A stretch of DNA of 64,000 bases from Camelus ferus. Taxonomy: Eukaryota. The position numbers were made by a program, and so were the translations under genes. The DNA lies in contig NC_045697.1 of NCBI RefSeq assembly GCF_009834535.1, positions 89,158,001-89,222,000 on the forward strand. The letters are read 5' to 3'. Below, piece by piece: positions 14,786 to 28,491 of this stretch. Every line of letters begins with the position of its first letter. Position 1 is the first letter of the stretch. Below the pieces are notes generated by a model, which worked only from the letters and a program-made list of their open reading frames with translations, did not search any database and was not told where the DNA came from.

Positions 14786-14889
14786 GTGAGGTGGATAAAG
14801 CTCAGTGGTAGGGCACATGTTTAGCATGCATGGAGTCCTGGGTTCAACATCAGTACCTCCATTAAATAAGTTAATTAATTAATTAATTA
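14786..14889 (+). mobile_element. tRNA-derived SINE, camelid Vic-1-like
   Basis: A-box-like agctcagtggtag, B-box ggttcaa, body cacatgtttagcatgcatggagtcctggg...cagtacctccatt and AT-rich (TTAA)n tail. Confidence 0.8.
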
Positions 14890-17190
14890 TACATGTGTAA
14901 CTAAAATCAGCTATCATAAATAAGAATGGTAGACATGCAAAAGAATCAATTAATAACTAAGAAATAGTTTCATCAAAATTTTAATTATTGAAAGGATAAA
15001 CTTTGTGTGACTCATATATAAAAGTTAACCCCAAATGAGCATAGAGCAAAAAAAATTTAATATGTAAAAAATTTATGTATGTGATGTATAGTTACAGATT
15101 TCCCATCAGAAATATGAGAGATTTAAATGAAGAAGATAATGAAGAATCAATATTTGAAGGGGAATAACCAGGATGGTTCCAGAACTGATGAAGTTTTCTG
15201 AGATACAAAATTCAGTGCAAGTTCCAGGCAGAAATAAATAAATAAATAAACATAACCTTACATCTGGTCAAATCAGAGTGAAACTAAAGAATAGCAAAGC
15301 TGAAATGAATAACTGACAAATTTATGATAGAAAATACGCTGCAGACTTTGCACCACCAATGAGTGCATCTTCAATGTACTAAGGGTAATAATTGTCACCT
15401 AAAATTTTAATATTTAGTGGCTATATCACACAAGGTGAAAGGGTGAAAGCAAAATAAAACTAGTTTTGGACTAAAACAAAAGATTTTAAAGCTTAAAATC
15501 TCACTATATTACTTTAAAGTAGTTTCTTTTGAAATAAGCTAGAATCATAAGGGTATGAATGTAAGAAACAAAATTGAACAAAGTAATTGATAGGAATATG
15601 GTTAATAAATCCAACTGTTTAACATAAAATTAATATTTTTGAGTTTGGTTTAATAAAAGTAAAAAACCCAAGACTTTCTATCATATAAATAAGATGAAAG
15701 TGATGATAGGGAATTTAGAGGGTAAACATGCTAAAGTCATGTATACTTGTTAGGTTACTTATGTAATTATGTTTTAAAAGATATTCAAAAATAGTAAGAA
15801 TAATGTCTGTTTCCTCAATATGATCTGAAGGAAATAAATGTGGAAACTTTCTCAATACAACAGAAGGCACAAAAATGGAAAAAATGAAAAAAGGAAATAA
15901 ACAGCAATCAAAAATAATCATAAAGTAAAAACACTTAGATAATTATAAAAATTATGAATGGTCAATATATCTATAGAAATAGAGATTAGCAGATTAGTTA
16001 AATAAATCAAAATCAAGCTTAATGATTTAAGAACATTCTTTTCTAATCTCCTAATTTATAGAGATTGAGGGGAAAAAATGATGAAAATCCATGGAACATA
16101 CAAAGTCTACTCAAAAGAAAACTGGTAGAAAATTAGAATATCAGACAAGATACAGTTAACAGAAAATGTGCTAATATTTATAAAAAGTGGACAAAAGATA
16201 AGCTATCAAGAAAATATATTGAACAGCATAGTCTAAATATATATAAATATATACAAAATATATCTCTGGAACTATAAAAATAATTAAAAAAAGAAATTGA
16301 TAAATTCATAAGCACAATGGAAAAGAACTCAATACACTTGTTTGAGAAACTGGTGAATGAAATAAAAATATTTTTTTAACAAAAATATTCTTTCCAATAT
16401 TAAATTGTTGAGTTATCTATAGTTAATCAACATCTTTCTCACAATTGCTATGTTTATCCCATATCTTTCTTCTCTAATTACAGTTGACTCTTGAACAACA
16501 GGAGCTGGGGTTATTAGAGGTATCAAAAACCCCATATAATTTTACAGTAGACTCTCTGTATCCACAGTTCCATGGATTCAACCAACCACAGACCATGTAG
16601 TACAATTCTTGAAAAAAAATCCCCAGATAAGTAGACCCACAAAGTTTAAACACTTATTGTTCAAAGGTTAACTGTACTTTATTTCAGAAGATCATGCCTT
16701 AAAATACATTTAATTGAAGGTCTGCTGGTTATAAATCCTATGGTTATTTTATGTACGAAGGTGACTTTTTTTCTTACTCTTGAGTAATAAGTTCACCTAA
16801 TTTTTTTTTAAGTTCACCTAATATTAAACTTTAAAAATTAGCTTTTAACAAGAAAATTATCAAGACAGTTGTAATAGATTAATGCTCAGATACACAAGGA
16901 ACAATTAAATAAATTGACTATTCGGTCATAAGAAAAATTTTAACAAATTTTAAAGAATTAATATCATGCTGAATATGTTCTCTACCTATAAGGAAATTAA
17001 ATTAGAAACAAGCAATACAAAAATCATATATGTGTTAGGAAACTTTAAAATTCACACTCAAATAATTTATGAATCAAAGAAGAAATCTTATGAAAAGTAC
17101 CATATTTCTAGAAGTGAATGGCAATGGAAAGAGCATATTAAACTTGTAAGAAGCAGTTAACTGATTCTTAAAGTAATTTGTAACAAGAAA
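14890..17190 (+). mobile_element. Ancient degraded L1 (ORF1 to ORF2 endonuclease region), interrupted
   Basis: A-rich; QKKTG..ISDKI remnant near 16110-16155 and ORF 16966 'MFSTYKEIKLETSN' resembling the end of the L1 EN domain (FSDHNGIKLEIN). Confidence 0.6.
16481..16674 (-). mobile_element. Tigger2-derived MITE (MER8-like), TcMar
   Basis: TIRs CAGTTGACTCTTGAACAA / TTGTTCAAAGGTTAACTG flanked by TA TSDs at 16479-80 and 16675-76. Confidence 0.85.
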
Positions 17191-17359
17191 GGCTGAGACA
17201 ATGATTTTATATATATTTGTTGGGGTTTTCTTTGTCATTTTTGATAAAATGTATGTTTTTATTTCCAGTTTTATTGAAAATGAAGTTTGATAAGTCTATC
17301 TCTTCAATTAAATTTCTTTCCTGGAGAACAAAGGTAAATTTCAGGGATGCCTTATAAGG

Positions 17360-17470
17360 AGGGTGCTCTATAATTTATCATCCTAGCTAGGATGCTCTTG
17401 AGACCGAAAGGAAAAACTGTTAATAATTACACTGAGACAACAGGAATGATCTGACATTTATTACCATCCT
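17360..17470 (+). mobile_element. MER94 hAT-Blackjack MITE
   Basis: agggtgctctataatttatcatcc...ttaataattacactgagacaacagg resembles the MER94 consensus. Confidence 0.7.
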
Positions 17471-19153
17471 GTTTCTCACTCTCATAGGTAGAATTTAGAA
17501 TATTTTATTTCCAGAAATTCATGTTGTTTACTTTGTTTAAAATCACGCCATCTATTTCAAGGGTCAACATCAGTTTTATAATTTTATGTTTAGAAGAAAA
17601 GTGTTACCACTCTGTTTTTGTTAGCACTTCCAAATTTTGCATAGATGTTAATTTACTTGAAATCTTTGAAATTACTTCCTTCTAGGTCATTGTCCACTTG
17701 GCCTCAGAAATAAACTCCTTTTTATATACTTTTTTGATCTAAAATTAAAGACTAGATAATTCATACAGTCCTATAAATGAATTTAATGTTTCATTCTGGT
17801 ATAATAAATGCATCTGAAATTACAAATACTTCAGGGATGAATCTGAAAATCCTAATAAGTAATAATAATCTAAGTTCAGACAGTGTCTTAATACTGTGCA
17901 ACTCACTCACAGCCTCAAATAATTAGTGAAATTTCACACGAAGGAAGCAGAAGCAAAAACTGTCATTTTGAGTAAAGCATTTTTTCACCTTGTAAAATTG
18001 CCAGGTGGCCTACTCAATTCCCAGCTTACATAAATGTCTAACAATTAAATGTGACTTTGAAGGGTCATTGTCTTTAAGCTTTATATTTTTCCTAGTTTCT
18101 AAGCTTGCAGGATGTGAAAATGTATGGATAAGCTGAATTTGTGAATATGTATCGCTGATGCCAAAATGCACGAGTATAGATTTTAATCTGATTGTCTCCA
18201 TAGGATGTATTCCATCCAAAAGGGTGAAAGTCCCAGAGCTCCTCAGAGATTGCCAAAACCATCCTCCATTCTCTTGGGGAACCACATTAATCGCTGGGTT
18301 GTTGTGAGATGATGAATTCTAAAATTTTTTAGATCAGAGCTTTTAGAACCCTTTGCTTTCCTTTAATGGTCGAACTGTTTCTTCGAATGAGATCTACATA
18401 TAACTTTTTAATGATTCCTTATTCTCAGTTGCGCTAGGTTTAGCAAGCTGGACCTTCTTAGCAATTTACAACCCCATTTACCCCATTTGACTAAAATACT
18501 GATACTGCTTCAGCCTTCTTTGCACAACAAACAGTTATGCTCCTAAAATAAAGTTTACGTAATGCCATTTCCCCTCTTTAAAATTCTTCTGACTTCCCAG
18601 AAATAATTCCAAAATTTTCAGGAAAGAAAAATAGATAGCCTGTGATCTGGCAGCAGCTGACCTTTTCTCTTTATTTCCTGCCACATCTTTCCACTACCAC
18701 CACACGTTCCTGACCAAACATATTTCATACAGTTGAAAAAAATTACTCAGTTTTATTCTACTTGTGTAATCTCTCTCAGAGGTAGTCCAGATGCTCTCTC
18801 ATATCATCTATGATTTTCCAGTATCTTGGATCTCTTATTTTCAAGATGTTATAATAAATATTTGTTCTAAATTGTAAACAATTTTTAAAGTATTTTTTAT
18901 TGAGTTATAGTCATTTTACAATGTTGTGTCAAATTCCAGTGTAGAGCACAATTTTTCAGTTATACATGAACGTACATATATTCATTGTCACTTTTTTTTG
19001 CTGTGAGCTACCACAAGACATTGTATATATTTCCCTGTGCTATACAGTATAATCTTGTTTATCTATTCTACATATGCCTGTCAGTATCTACAAATTTTGA
19101 AATCCCATTCTGTCCCTTCTCCCCTCCCACATTGGCAACCACAAGTTTGTATT

Positions 19154-19980
19154 CTACGTCTGTGAGTCTGTTTCTGTTATGTATTTATGTTCTTTTTTTT
19201 TTCTTAGATTCCACATATGAGCAATCTCATATGGTATTTTTCTTTCCTTCTGGCTTACTTCACTTAGAATGACATTCTCCAGGAACATCCATATTGCTGC
19301 AAATGGCGTTATGTTGTTGGTTTTTATGGCTGAATAGTATTCCATTGTATAAATATACCACATCTTCTTCATCTAGTCATTTGCTGATGGACATTTAGGC
19401 TGTTTCCATGTCTTGGCTATTGTAAAAAGCACTGCTATGAACATTGGGGTGCAGATGTCTTTTTGAAGTAGGGTTCCTTCTGGATATATGCCCAGGAGTG
19501 GGATCCCTGGGTCATATGGTAAGTCTATTCCTAGTCTTTTGAGGAATCTCCATACTGTTTTCCACAGTGGCTGCACCAAACTGCATTCCCACCAGCAATG
19601 TAGGAGGGTTCCCTTTTCTCCACAGCCTCTCCAGCATTTGTCATTTGCTGACTTCTGAATAATGGCCATTCTGACTGGTGTGAGGTGATACCTCATCATA
19701 GTTTTGATTTGCATTTCTCTGATAATTAGTGATATTGAGCATTTTTTTCATGTGCCTATTGATCATTTGTATGTCTTCCTTGGAGAATTGCTTGTTTAGG
19801 TCTTCTGCCCATTTTTGGATTGTGTTATTTGTTTTTTTCTCATTAAGTCGTATGAGCTGCTTATATATTCTGGAGATCAAGCCTTTGTCAGTTTCATCAT
19901 TTGCAAAAATTTTCTCCCATTCTGTAGGCTGTTGTTCTGTTATATTTATGGCTTCCTTTGCTGTGTAGAAGCTTGTAAGT
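19154..19980 (-). pseudogene. L1 ORF2p C-terminal region, disrupted
   Basis: ORFs give [44 protein letters not shown] and KMWYIYTMEYYSA; frameshift near 19745 and premature stop at 19373. Confidence 0.9.
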
Positions 19981-21176
19981 TGCAGAAAAAGCATTTGATA
20001 AAATTCAACACCAATTTATGGTAAAAATTCTCACCAAAGTGGGCATAGAGGGAACATATCTCAACATAATAAAAACTATATATGACAAACTTACAGGCAG
20101 CATAGGATTCAATGGTGAAAAACTCAAAAGTTTCCCACTAAAATCCGGGACAAGACAAGGCTGTCCACTATCACCACTCCTATTTAACATAGTCTTGGAA
20201 ATCCTAGCCACAGCAATCAGGCAAGAGAGAGAAATAAAAGGGATCCAAATTGGAAAAGAAGAGGTAAACATGTCACTATATGCCGATGATATGATACTAC
20301 ATATAGAAAAGTCTAAAAAGTCCACACAAAAACTACTAGAACTAATTGAAGAATTCAGCAAGGTAGCAGGTTACAAGATTAAGGTTCAAAAATCAGTTGC
20401 ATTTCTTTACACTAACGATGAATCAACAGAAAAAGAAAGTAAAGAAACCATTCCCTTTAAAACAGCACCCGAAGTAATAAAATACCTAGGAATAAATCTA
20501 ACCGAGGTAAAAGAATTATACACAGAAAACTATAAACCACTGATGAAGGAAATTAAAGAAGACTTTAAGAAATGGAAAGATATCCTATGCTCCTGGATTA
20601 GAAGAATCAATATTGTTAAAACGGTCACACTGCCCGAGGCAATCTACAGATTTAATGCAATACCTATCAAATTACCCAGGACATATCTCACAGAACTAGA
20701 ACAAATCATAATACAATTTATATGGGACCACAAAAGACCTAGAACTGCCAAAGCATTACTGAAGAAAAAGAAAGAGGCTAGAGGAATAACTCTCCCAGAC
20801 TTCAGACAATACTATAGAGCTACAGTAATCAAAACAGCATGGTATTGGTACAAAAACAGACATATGGACCAATGGAACAGAACAGAGAGCCCAGAAATGA
20901 ACCCACAAACTTTTGGTCAACTAATTTTCGACAAAGGAGGCAAGAATATACAATGGAATAAAGACAGTCTCTTCAGCAAATGGTGTTGGGAAAACTGGAC
21001 AGCAGCATGTAAAACAATGAAGCTAGAACACTCCCTTACACCATACACAAAAATAAACTCAAAATGGATTAAAGACTTAAACATAAGACAAGATACAATA
21101 AACCTCCTAGAAGAAAATATAGGCAGAACATTATCTGACATACATCTCAAAGATGTTCTCCTAGGGCAGTCTACCC
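19981..21176 (+). pseudogene. L1 ORF2p reverse-transcriptase fragment (inverted segment)
   Basis: [10 protein letters not shown] start, [25 protein letters not shown]; open reading frame of about 400 codons. Confidence 0.95.
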
Positions 21177-22680
21177 AAACAATTTTTGATTAGAGGTGAG
21201 GTTTTTTTGCTCTTCCTATTCCTGCTGGGAAATTATAAAGATTATCTATAGTTGGAACAAAAATTTAAATTATCTTAATAATCCCTCAATCAGATCTCAA
21301 TCTCTGATTAAACTGAGTGAAAGATGCCACTTCCAATTTTGAAGCAATTAAAAATATCTAAAGAGTCCTTTAAGTCTTTAACAGAAACTAGCCTATTTGA
21401 GCTGTCTCCATGTAGCTATATTCACAATTAGTGCCAATTTTTGAATCTCAGTCAGCCATATAGCAATTGGTGTCCTTTAATATGGCTGTGTTGTGGCTTC
21501 ATCCTTTTCACTTTACATCCTTTGCCTCAGAGGCAGAATTCAGATATTTTGAATAGAACCATGTAGACTTTCATGACTTTGGACTGGCAAAGGAATCTGA
21601 TTTTAATGGAGTACATTTTCAAAAGAAAAGCAGAACACATGTTCTGCAGCTGAACTTCACAAGAGATCCTGGTTTAATGAAACAGTAGTAGCCACCTCTT
21701 CTATAGTCCCCCAGTAGCAACAAAATGGTGGCACCAAAGGGAGAAAAATGTAACCTTTCACACATTTCTTCAATCTTAATATAAATGTATTAGTTCTTGG
21801 GAAAAAAAGGAGCTGAGGAAATTATAATTCCCCAAAACCACTGTAAAAGGGTAAAAAAATAAAGTAATAAAATTATAGCTTCTATTTAATTCTCTGACAC
21901 AGTGTGTCTCCATGTTAAATATATAATTTTTCATAAAATCATATGTAAGTTTAAGCACAGGGCTCTATTGTCTATTCTTAACAGTAATTCAGCAGCCCCT
22001 ATATAAATAATGTCTTATTTCTCTGGGGACTAATTGGGCTGTGTCTACTTGTCTGGCTGCTAGGAGAGAGCAGATTACATGTTTTGCTCCAAGCTTTTCT
22101 TTTTGTAGTCCTTTTCATGGAGGAATTTGGCTTTTTCTTCAGGCTCACTTATAGAAAGATTGTAGACAAATTAATGAAGTCCCATATATCTTAAGTCATT
22201 GTCAGAATGGCTGATGAGTTTAAAGAGGCTAATTCAATTTACTTCCCCTTTCAAATGTAGCTGGGTATTTCTTTTTGAATTTTAAAAAAGAAAATTTGTT
22301 AATCAATGGATCTTGCTGGTATTGATTATATTCTTGTTCATTTGTGCATCAGGGTCAGTATTTGGATTTCCTATCAGTTGTAGAGCATAGGCTGTGTGGA
22401 GAAGTGTGTCTCTATAAAGGTGCCTTGCTCACTATCAAGTGACTTCATGTGACTCCATATGACTATAAACTGTTAATTCCACCAGGTGTATTTCCCAAAT
22501 CAATATTCTTAAAATTATCTCCCAATTTTGCATATAACTCTTCACAGCAAAAATATGAAGGTAACCACACACATATTGCTTTAGTAAATACCCTAGGGTC
22601 TTCCTTTTACATGTTAATGTTAATTTTTGTCTCATTCTCCTGCTACTTAGATGTGACAGGATAAACTTTTGATAATGCCC

Positions 22681-23700
22681 TGAAGAGAAGATATTTGCAA
22701 ATGATATATCCAATAAAGTGCTGATGTCCAAAATATATAAAGAACTCATATAAGTCAACAACAACAAAACTCAATTAAAATATGGGCAGAGGATCTGACT
22801 AAATGTTTTTCCAAATAAGATATACAGATGACTAATAGGCACAAGATGCTCAACATTACTAATTATTAGAAAAATGCAAATCAAAACCATAGTAGATAGC
22901 CTCACACCTGTCAGAATGATTATCATCAAAAATTTTATAAATAAAAAATTTTGGTGAGGATGTGGAGAAAAGGGAAGCCTACTACATTGGACTGTAAATT
23001 GTTGCAACCACTATGGAAAACAGTATGGAAGTTTCTCAAAAATCTAAAAATAGGACTAATATATGACCCAACAATTCGACTGCTCAGTATATATCCAAAG
23101 AAAAAAAAATTTGAAAAGATACATGGACCCCAATGTTCAAAGCAACCTTTTTTACAATAGCCAAGATATGGAAGCAACCTAAGTGCCCATCAACAGGTGA
23201 ATGCATAAAGAAAATGGGATACACACACACACACACACACATGCGCACACACAGTGAAGCACTAGTCAGCCACAAAAAACAAAGATGAAATCTTGCCATT
23301 TGTGACAACATGGATGGAGTATTATGCTAAGTGAAAAAAGTATTATGCTAAGTGAAAAAAGTATTATGTTAAGTGAAAAAAGGCAGACAAAGACAAATAC
23401 TGTCTGACTTCACTTTTAAGTGGAATTTTAAAAAAACTAATGAAAAAAACAAATAAAAACAAACACATACATCCAGAGAACAGAGAAGTGGTTACCAGAG
23501 GGTAAGAGGAGGGGGGAGGTGAAATGCATAAAACAAATCAACTATGATGATGAATAGAAATGACACTTTTGGTGGTGAGCAGGCTAAAGGGTACATGGAA
23601 ACATGGAAGCAGAAATCTAACGCTGTATACAGGAAACTTACATAACATTATAAAACAATGTTACTACAATAGTAAGTATCAAAAGGAGAAAGAAATGAAA
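22681..23700 (+). mobile_element. L1 3' fragment (ORF2 end and 3' UTR), older subfamily
   Basis: gaagatatttgcaaatgatatatcc; [16 protein letters not shown] in ORF 22951; gtggttaccagaggg; A-rich tail. Confidence 0.9.
23318..23380 (+). repeat. 21-bp tandem triplication inside L1
   Basis: (AGTATTATGCTAAGTGAAAAA)x3 with one substitution in copy 3. Confidence 0.95.
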
Positions 23701-23758
23701 AAAGAAAGAAAGAAACACAGAGAAAAAAGAAAGCTCTATAAAATGGAGAGATCAAGTA

Positions 23759-23785
23759 ATATATATATATATATATATATATATC
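23759..23785. repeat. (AT)n microsatellite
   Basis: Direct observation. Confidence 0.95.
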
Positions 23786-24754
23786 AGTTAAATTTGAATA
23801 TTAAAAGGAAAACAATCAAGCAAAGTTAGAAAAAGTGATGGAAACTTAGCAAATAAAATCTGTGTTTTTTCAGGGTAATATCGTATTACTATTTCAAAGA
23901 TTATCAAACAATATAAAAATACAACACAAAAATGAACAATGTTTTTAAAGGTAACAAAGCTCTTAACTTACTTAATATCTACCTACTTCTTGCAGCACTA
24001 TATTATTGAGGAAAAATACCCAAAAGTCAGAAAAAATGGTAAGGGATAAGGAGAGTGTCAGGATGCTTCTTCAATGTCACACAAGGGCATTTTCATGAAT
24101 TATTTTATTCTCTAGGAAAATTTATTTATGTTTGACTTCGTATTTACATGTTGATTAAAGTCAAGATATCATACAGTTCTTATACGTTAACCTGAATATT
24201 TCTGTTACTCAGGAGAATATACATATAATTATTCTGCTATATAGAACAAAAGATAATCCAAAGGTTATGATTTTATCGCCCTTACCTAGTTTAGTATCTG
24301 ACAGAATCTTATTTTTTTTAATACCTATAAATTCTTAGTTTCTAAAATGTCCTTGGAACCTCGTTTACTATTTTATTATCCCCTCATTCATGAGTTTAGT
24401 AAAATCTTGATACATGCTATATTTATATTTGTGTGAGATTGCTTTTAACTTTTAGAAAATTATACCTTGACACTATATTAATGAAATCTAGGATTCAGAA
24501 AAATATTAGATCCTACCCTTTAAAAATAGTCTCAGGTGCTTAGTATATCACAAAATACTTGGTCAAAAAATAAAAAGTCTTTGAAGAATGACATGATGTT
24601 CAATATACTTCACAAAATGAGAAACCAGGTGGATGCTATCGGATGGAAGTTAAACTATATCTTTAAAAAGCCATGATCTGTATCTTTGTAACAGGGGAAA
24701 CAAGTTTCTGCTCTAGAATCAGCAACACATGACAAGTTTACAAATGTACTACTG

Positions 24755-25225
24755 TTTCATTCAAGATACACCGCTATTCAGCATTATGTATGACAGACCC
24801 AATGTAGAAATAACCCAAAAAGTAAATAACAAAATGTGCAGAATATAATTCAAGAATAATAAGGGATGTAGTGAAGATACATTCTCAAACATGGATAAAC
24901 TTTTAAAAAAATTATGCTAAGTGAAAGAAGCATGTGACAGAAAACTGCCTGTTATATAGCTCATTTATGAGGAATGTCCAGAATAGACAAATCTATACAG
25001 ACAGAAAGTAATTAGTACTTGCCTGGCGTTGGGGTGGGGATGAAAACGGGGAGTGACAGCTTATGGGTATGAGATTTCTCTGTGCAGTGAGGAAAACGTT
25101 CTAATACTAGATTATGGTTCTGGTTGTATAGCTCTGTAACTATACTAAAAGACATTGAAATGTTCAGCTAAGTGGGTGGATACTACGGTACTTAAATTGT
25201 ATCTCAATAAAACTTTTTTAAAAAG
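24755..25225 (+). mobile_element. L1MB-type 3' end
   Basis: attatgctaagtgaaagaagc...gtccagaatagacaaatctatacagacagaaagta...tatctcaataaaac. Confidence 0.85.
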
Positions 25226-26654
25226 ATGCACTGTTATTGCTGCAGAGTTTTCAATATTTTCTCCTATTTCCTAATGTAAATCTACTGAGTTTGGGTTATT
25301 TTTATTATTTAATTAGGGCATTAAAAGAGTAAATGAATTATATTTACAAGGTATGATCATCTTTATAGTCTTATGGGCATGAAATGAGATTAAAACTAGC
25401 AATACTTAGGCTAATCATAACAGATTTTGATGGTACATGGACATGTCAACAGATTTGAATTCAGTGTTACCCAAATTACATGACAATGAGCTACACATTC
25501 ATAGCATTTGGTTTTATTTACTAATTCAAGACATATTCAGCATTTTAAAGAATATTTCTTGAAACTGCAACATTACTGGGTTACCAGGATGCTGGTAATA
25601 ACTAGCACCTAAAATAAAAATGAAGAATAGTCTAGAGGGAAAGAGTCTTAAGTAAGTTGAAATTTGCTATGCAAAGGCAAATATTCTTCACCTTTTTCCC
25701 TCCTTCCCTTTTCTTTATGCTTTCTCTTCAAAACTCCTCACTCTTTAATTCCTGTTGTCCATTCATTGTCTATCCATACAATCAGCACATACTGAAGCAA
25801 ACTTTTAGGGTTAATCACTTACATCAACAGGATAAATAAGTACGATTGGGGGAAGAGGAGTGTAATTTCAATTTCAGAAAGGAGATTTCATTAACTATGT
25901 GGCTGAGAAAATTTTATCATCACAAAGCTGGAACCATGAGAATGGAAGGGTAGAAAGTATGCATGTATAAACTTTTCCTTTCCAAGGGAAAGACTCTGGC
26001 TGTAGTACTTCCAAGGAATTAATCACCAGAAAAGGAAGCAAAATAGGTTCTAAGATAACTTCTAAAATTATGTAGCATTTAAGTGCTCAATACATATTTT
26101 ACTAGAACTGATGTTAATTTACTAACAGGATTCTCTTTCTTGTACTGTTTTCCTCAAAGTTACAAATCCTCAAGTTTCATGATCTCAATGTTTCTGTTTA
26201 TGCCTTCTTAAAAAAATCTGACCTCGGCAAAATAAAGCGGAGCCTGAATCAACAGTAAAGACACACTCTATTTCCAGAACTCAAATAGTTTTATAGGTAC
26301 CTTTCCAAAGGGAAAATTTTGGAGTGAGAAACTGCTTTTCATCTGTATTTAGAAGGCTGTGTGATTTTCATGTTGAGATGCATATTTTGGCTGTTGTAGA
26401 GTGTGTGATAATGAGAAACTTGCAACTTCTCAGCAGACAGCTATGTCATTTCAGACAACCCACTCCCTTTCCTGTCTGGACTTTTTTTTAATTTTTGTTT
26501 TTATTTTTAATCCTTGTAAAATCTTAGGCAATATTTGTCTTTCAAACATGATTTCGTGTCTACTGGCATTTCTTCCTCTAATTTTATGGATCAAAAATAA
26601 CATATGTGTTTTTATTTACTTGGGGGCAATTTTCACACTATGGAGTACTATTTA

Positions 26655-26695
26655 TATGTATATATGTATGTATGTATGTATGTGTGTATGTACAT
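26655..26695. repeat. (TATG)n microsatellite
   Basis: tatgtatatatgtatgtatgtatgtatgtgtgtatgtaca. Confidence 0.85.
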
Positions 26696-28491
26696 ATTTT
26701 TAACACAGAGATTCTGGAGTTCTTCATCTTTGTTTCACCAGACTAGCTATCCAATTCTCATTCAAAAATTATAGACTAACAAAATATCAACAAGTCTTCC
26801 ATGTAAGATTGTTTAAAATCCATTTCTTAAACAGCAAAAAGGTGTATAGTAACATTTATAAATGACCCACTGCAATATATTTATCTATATTGATTATGTA
26901 TTCACAAGTTTTGACCTTTCAGTTACTAATATTTACAACTTAAAAATTCATACATTACTAAAGCTCAAAATAAATATTAGATATTATATATTATCCTTCT
27001 TTAATAATTTTACCTGGAGGGATTGTTTAAATATTTTGAACCCCTGCATAAAATTATAACTATACATCTGTGCGATCAGTAAATTATAGAGATTATAATC
27101 CAATAATAATTGTCAATGTGTTTCTGTGAAAAGAGTATTTTTGTATGTGTGGGTTTGTTTATTCTGGCTGATTAATTGGCCTACTCTATTTGTATGACTT
27201 TCTATTCCCACCACATACATCAACTCCAAGGAGAGTCAAAAATGTAGGTAAAGGAAGGCTCAAGTTTCTTCTTTATTAATTTTTGGTTTTTAAAATAAAT
27301 TTCCTATTTTATACATTTTTTCCTATTCAAATAGGTCAAATTGTCATATCACAAATTTATACTATAAAAGATAATCATGGTATATGATATACGTTATATT
27401 GTATCTGTGAAAGTTTTTTTTTAATTTAAAACAAAAAATGAGTATTTAGCCAATCTTTCAGGAAAAAAAAAACCTGCATACATGCAGTTCTCATAGTTAA
27501 TTTTTTTAATTAATTGTTTTCTTTCCCTTTCATAAATTTTATAAATACATAAGCCAAACAATATATTTTGGTTGAATGGTATCTTAAGTCAAAGTAGGAA
27601 TTAATTTTTTGAAACACAGACAGCAAAGTAAATTCAAATAAAAACTGTAAATGCTTTTAATGAAATTTATTTACAACATATTCTTGATCATGTTGAATAG
27701 CAGAATTAATAAAACAAAAACAAAAACAATTTGAATTAAAAGATGGCCTATAACAAATTTTACACAAGGCATTCAAAAGAACATTTTTATAATAAATGAC
27801 ATTTTCAAGCTCAAACAGAGATAACAGTAATTATATATATACCCTTTCATAGGTGTATATGTGAATTAATGTTATTATTTTGTAAGAAGTCTCTAGTTTA
27901 AAGGTATTTTATATTTTTCATGAGGGTAAAATACTGGAATTATTTGGTGTCTGTTGTTTCCTCTATTATTTTCATAAGATATATAAACACAAGCTAACTA
28001 GAAAAATTAACAGATGTCTACCATATATCTTGCTTATTACTGCAAAGTTTTCCTCAAATATAATGTAAATATTGTGTTTGTTAAAGCAAGTATGTAAATG
28101 TGTGTCTGTAGTGTACGAACAGAAACATCATTATATACTGTATTTACAAAAGATAAACTCTTTCCTATATATTTAAATAATTGTTAGCAGCAACATGGAG
28201 GATAGACCAATTAGAAAATCAAAAGATCCAAACACAATAAAACTATGATCCTGATGAAGGTTTGAAGGTCTTGGCAAGAGGATTCTCAGTGGGACAGATA
28301 TATGAGAGGAATTTATACAGTAGAGAGAAATTTTCTCAAGTAAATTCTGATGGGTAAAGTTGAAGCAATTTTATTTCCAATTGGAAGGAGAGGGAAAAGT
28401 TGGAGGAAGGGGAAACTTTCTTCTAAGTATCTCTTGGTATCATGATATTACTATTAAGTGAGGTACTTAGATTGCCTTAGAGAGAGACCAG

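Larger units (their letters stand above)
18887..21176 (-). mobile_element. Young 5'-truncated LINE-1 with 5' inversion (twin priming)
   Basis: 3' UTR and ORF2 C-terminus on the minus strand (18887-19980), ORF2 RT segment on the plus strand (19981-21176), TSD AAACAATTTTT at 18876-18886 and 21177-21187. Confidence 0.95.

Noticed and set aside
14786..14860. tRNA gene
   Set aside because: It is a SINE head: degenerate, without a complete cloverleaf and followed by an AT-rich tail
18185..18315. Acceptor-like ctccatag followed by short open frames
   Set aside because: The peptides are unrecognisable and there is no convincing donor
20018..21193. 391-aa RT ORF as a novel or domesticated reverse-transcriptase system
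   Set aside because: It is ordinary L1 ORF2 sequence, truncated at both ends and fully explained by the inverted insertion bounded by TSDs
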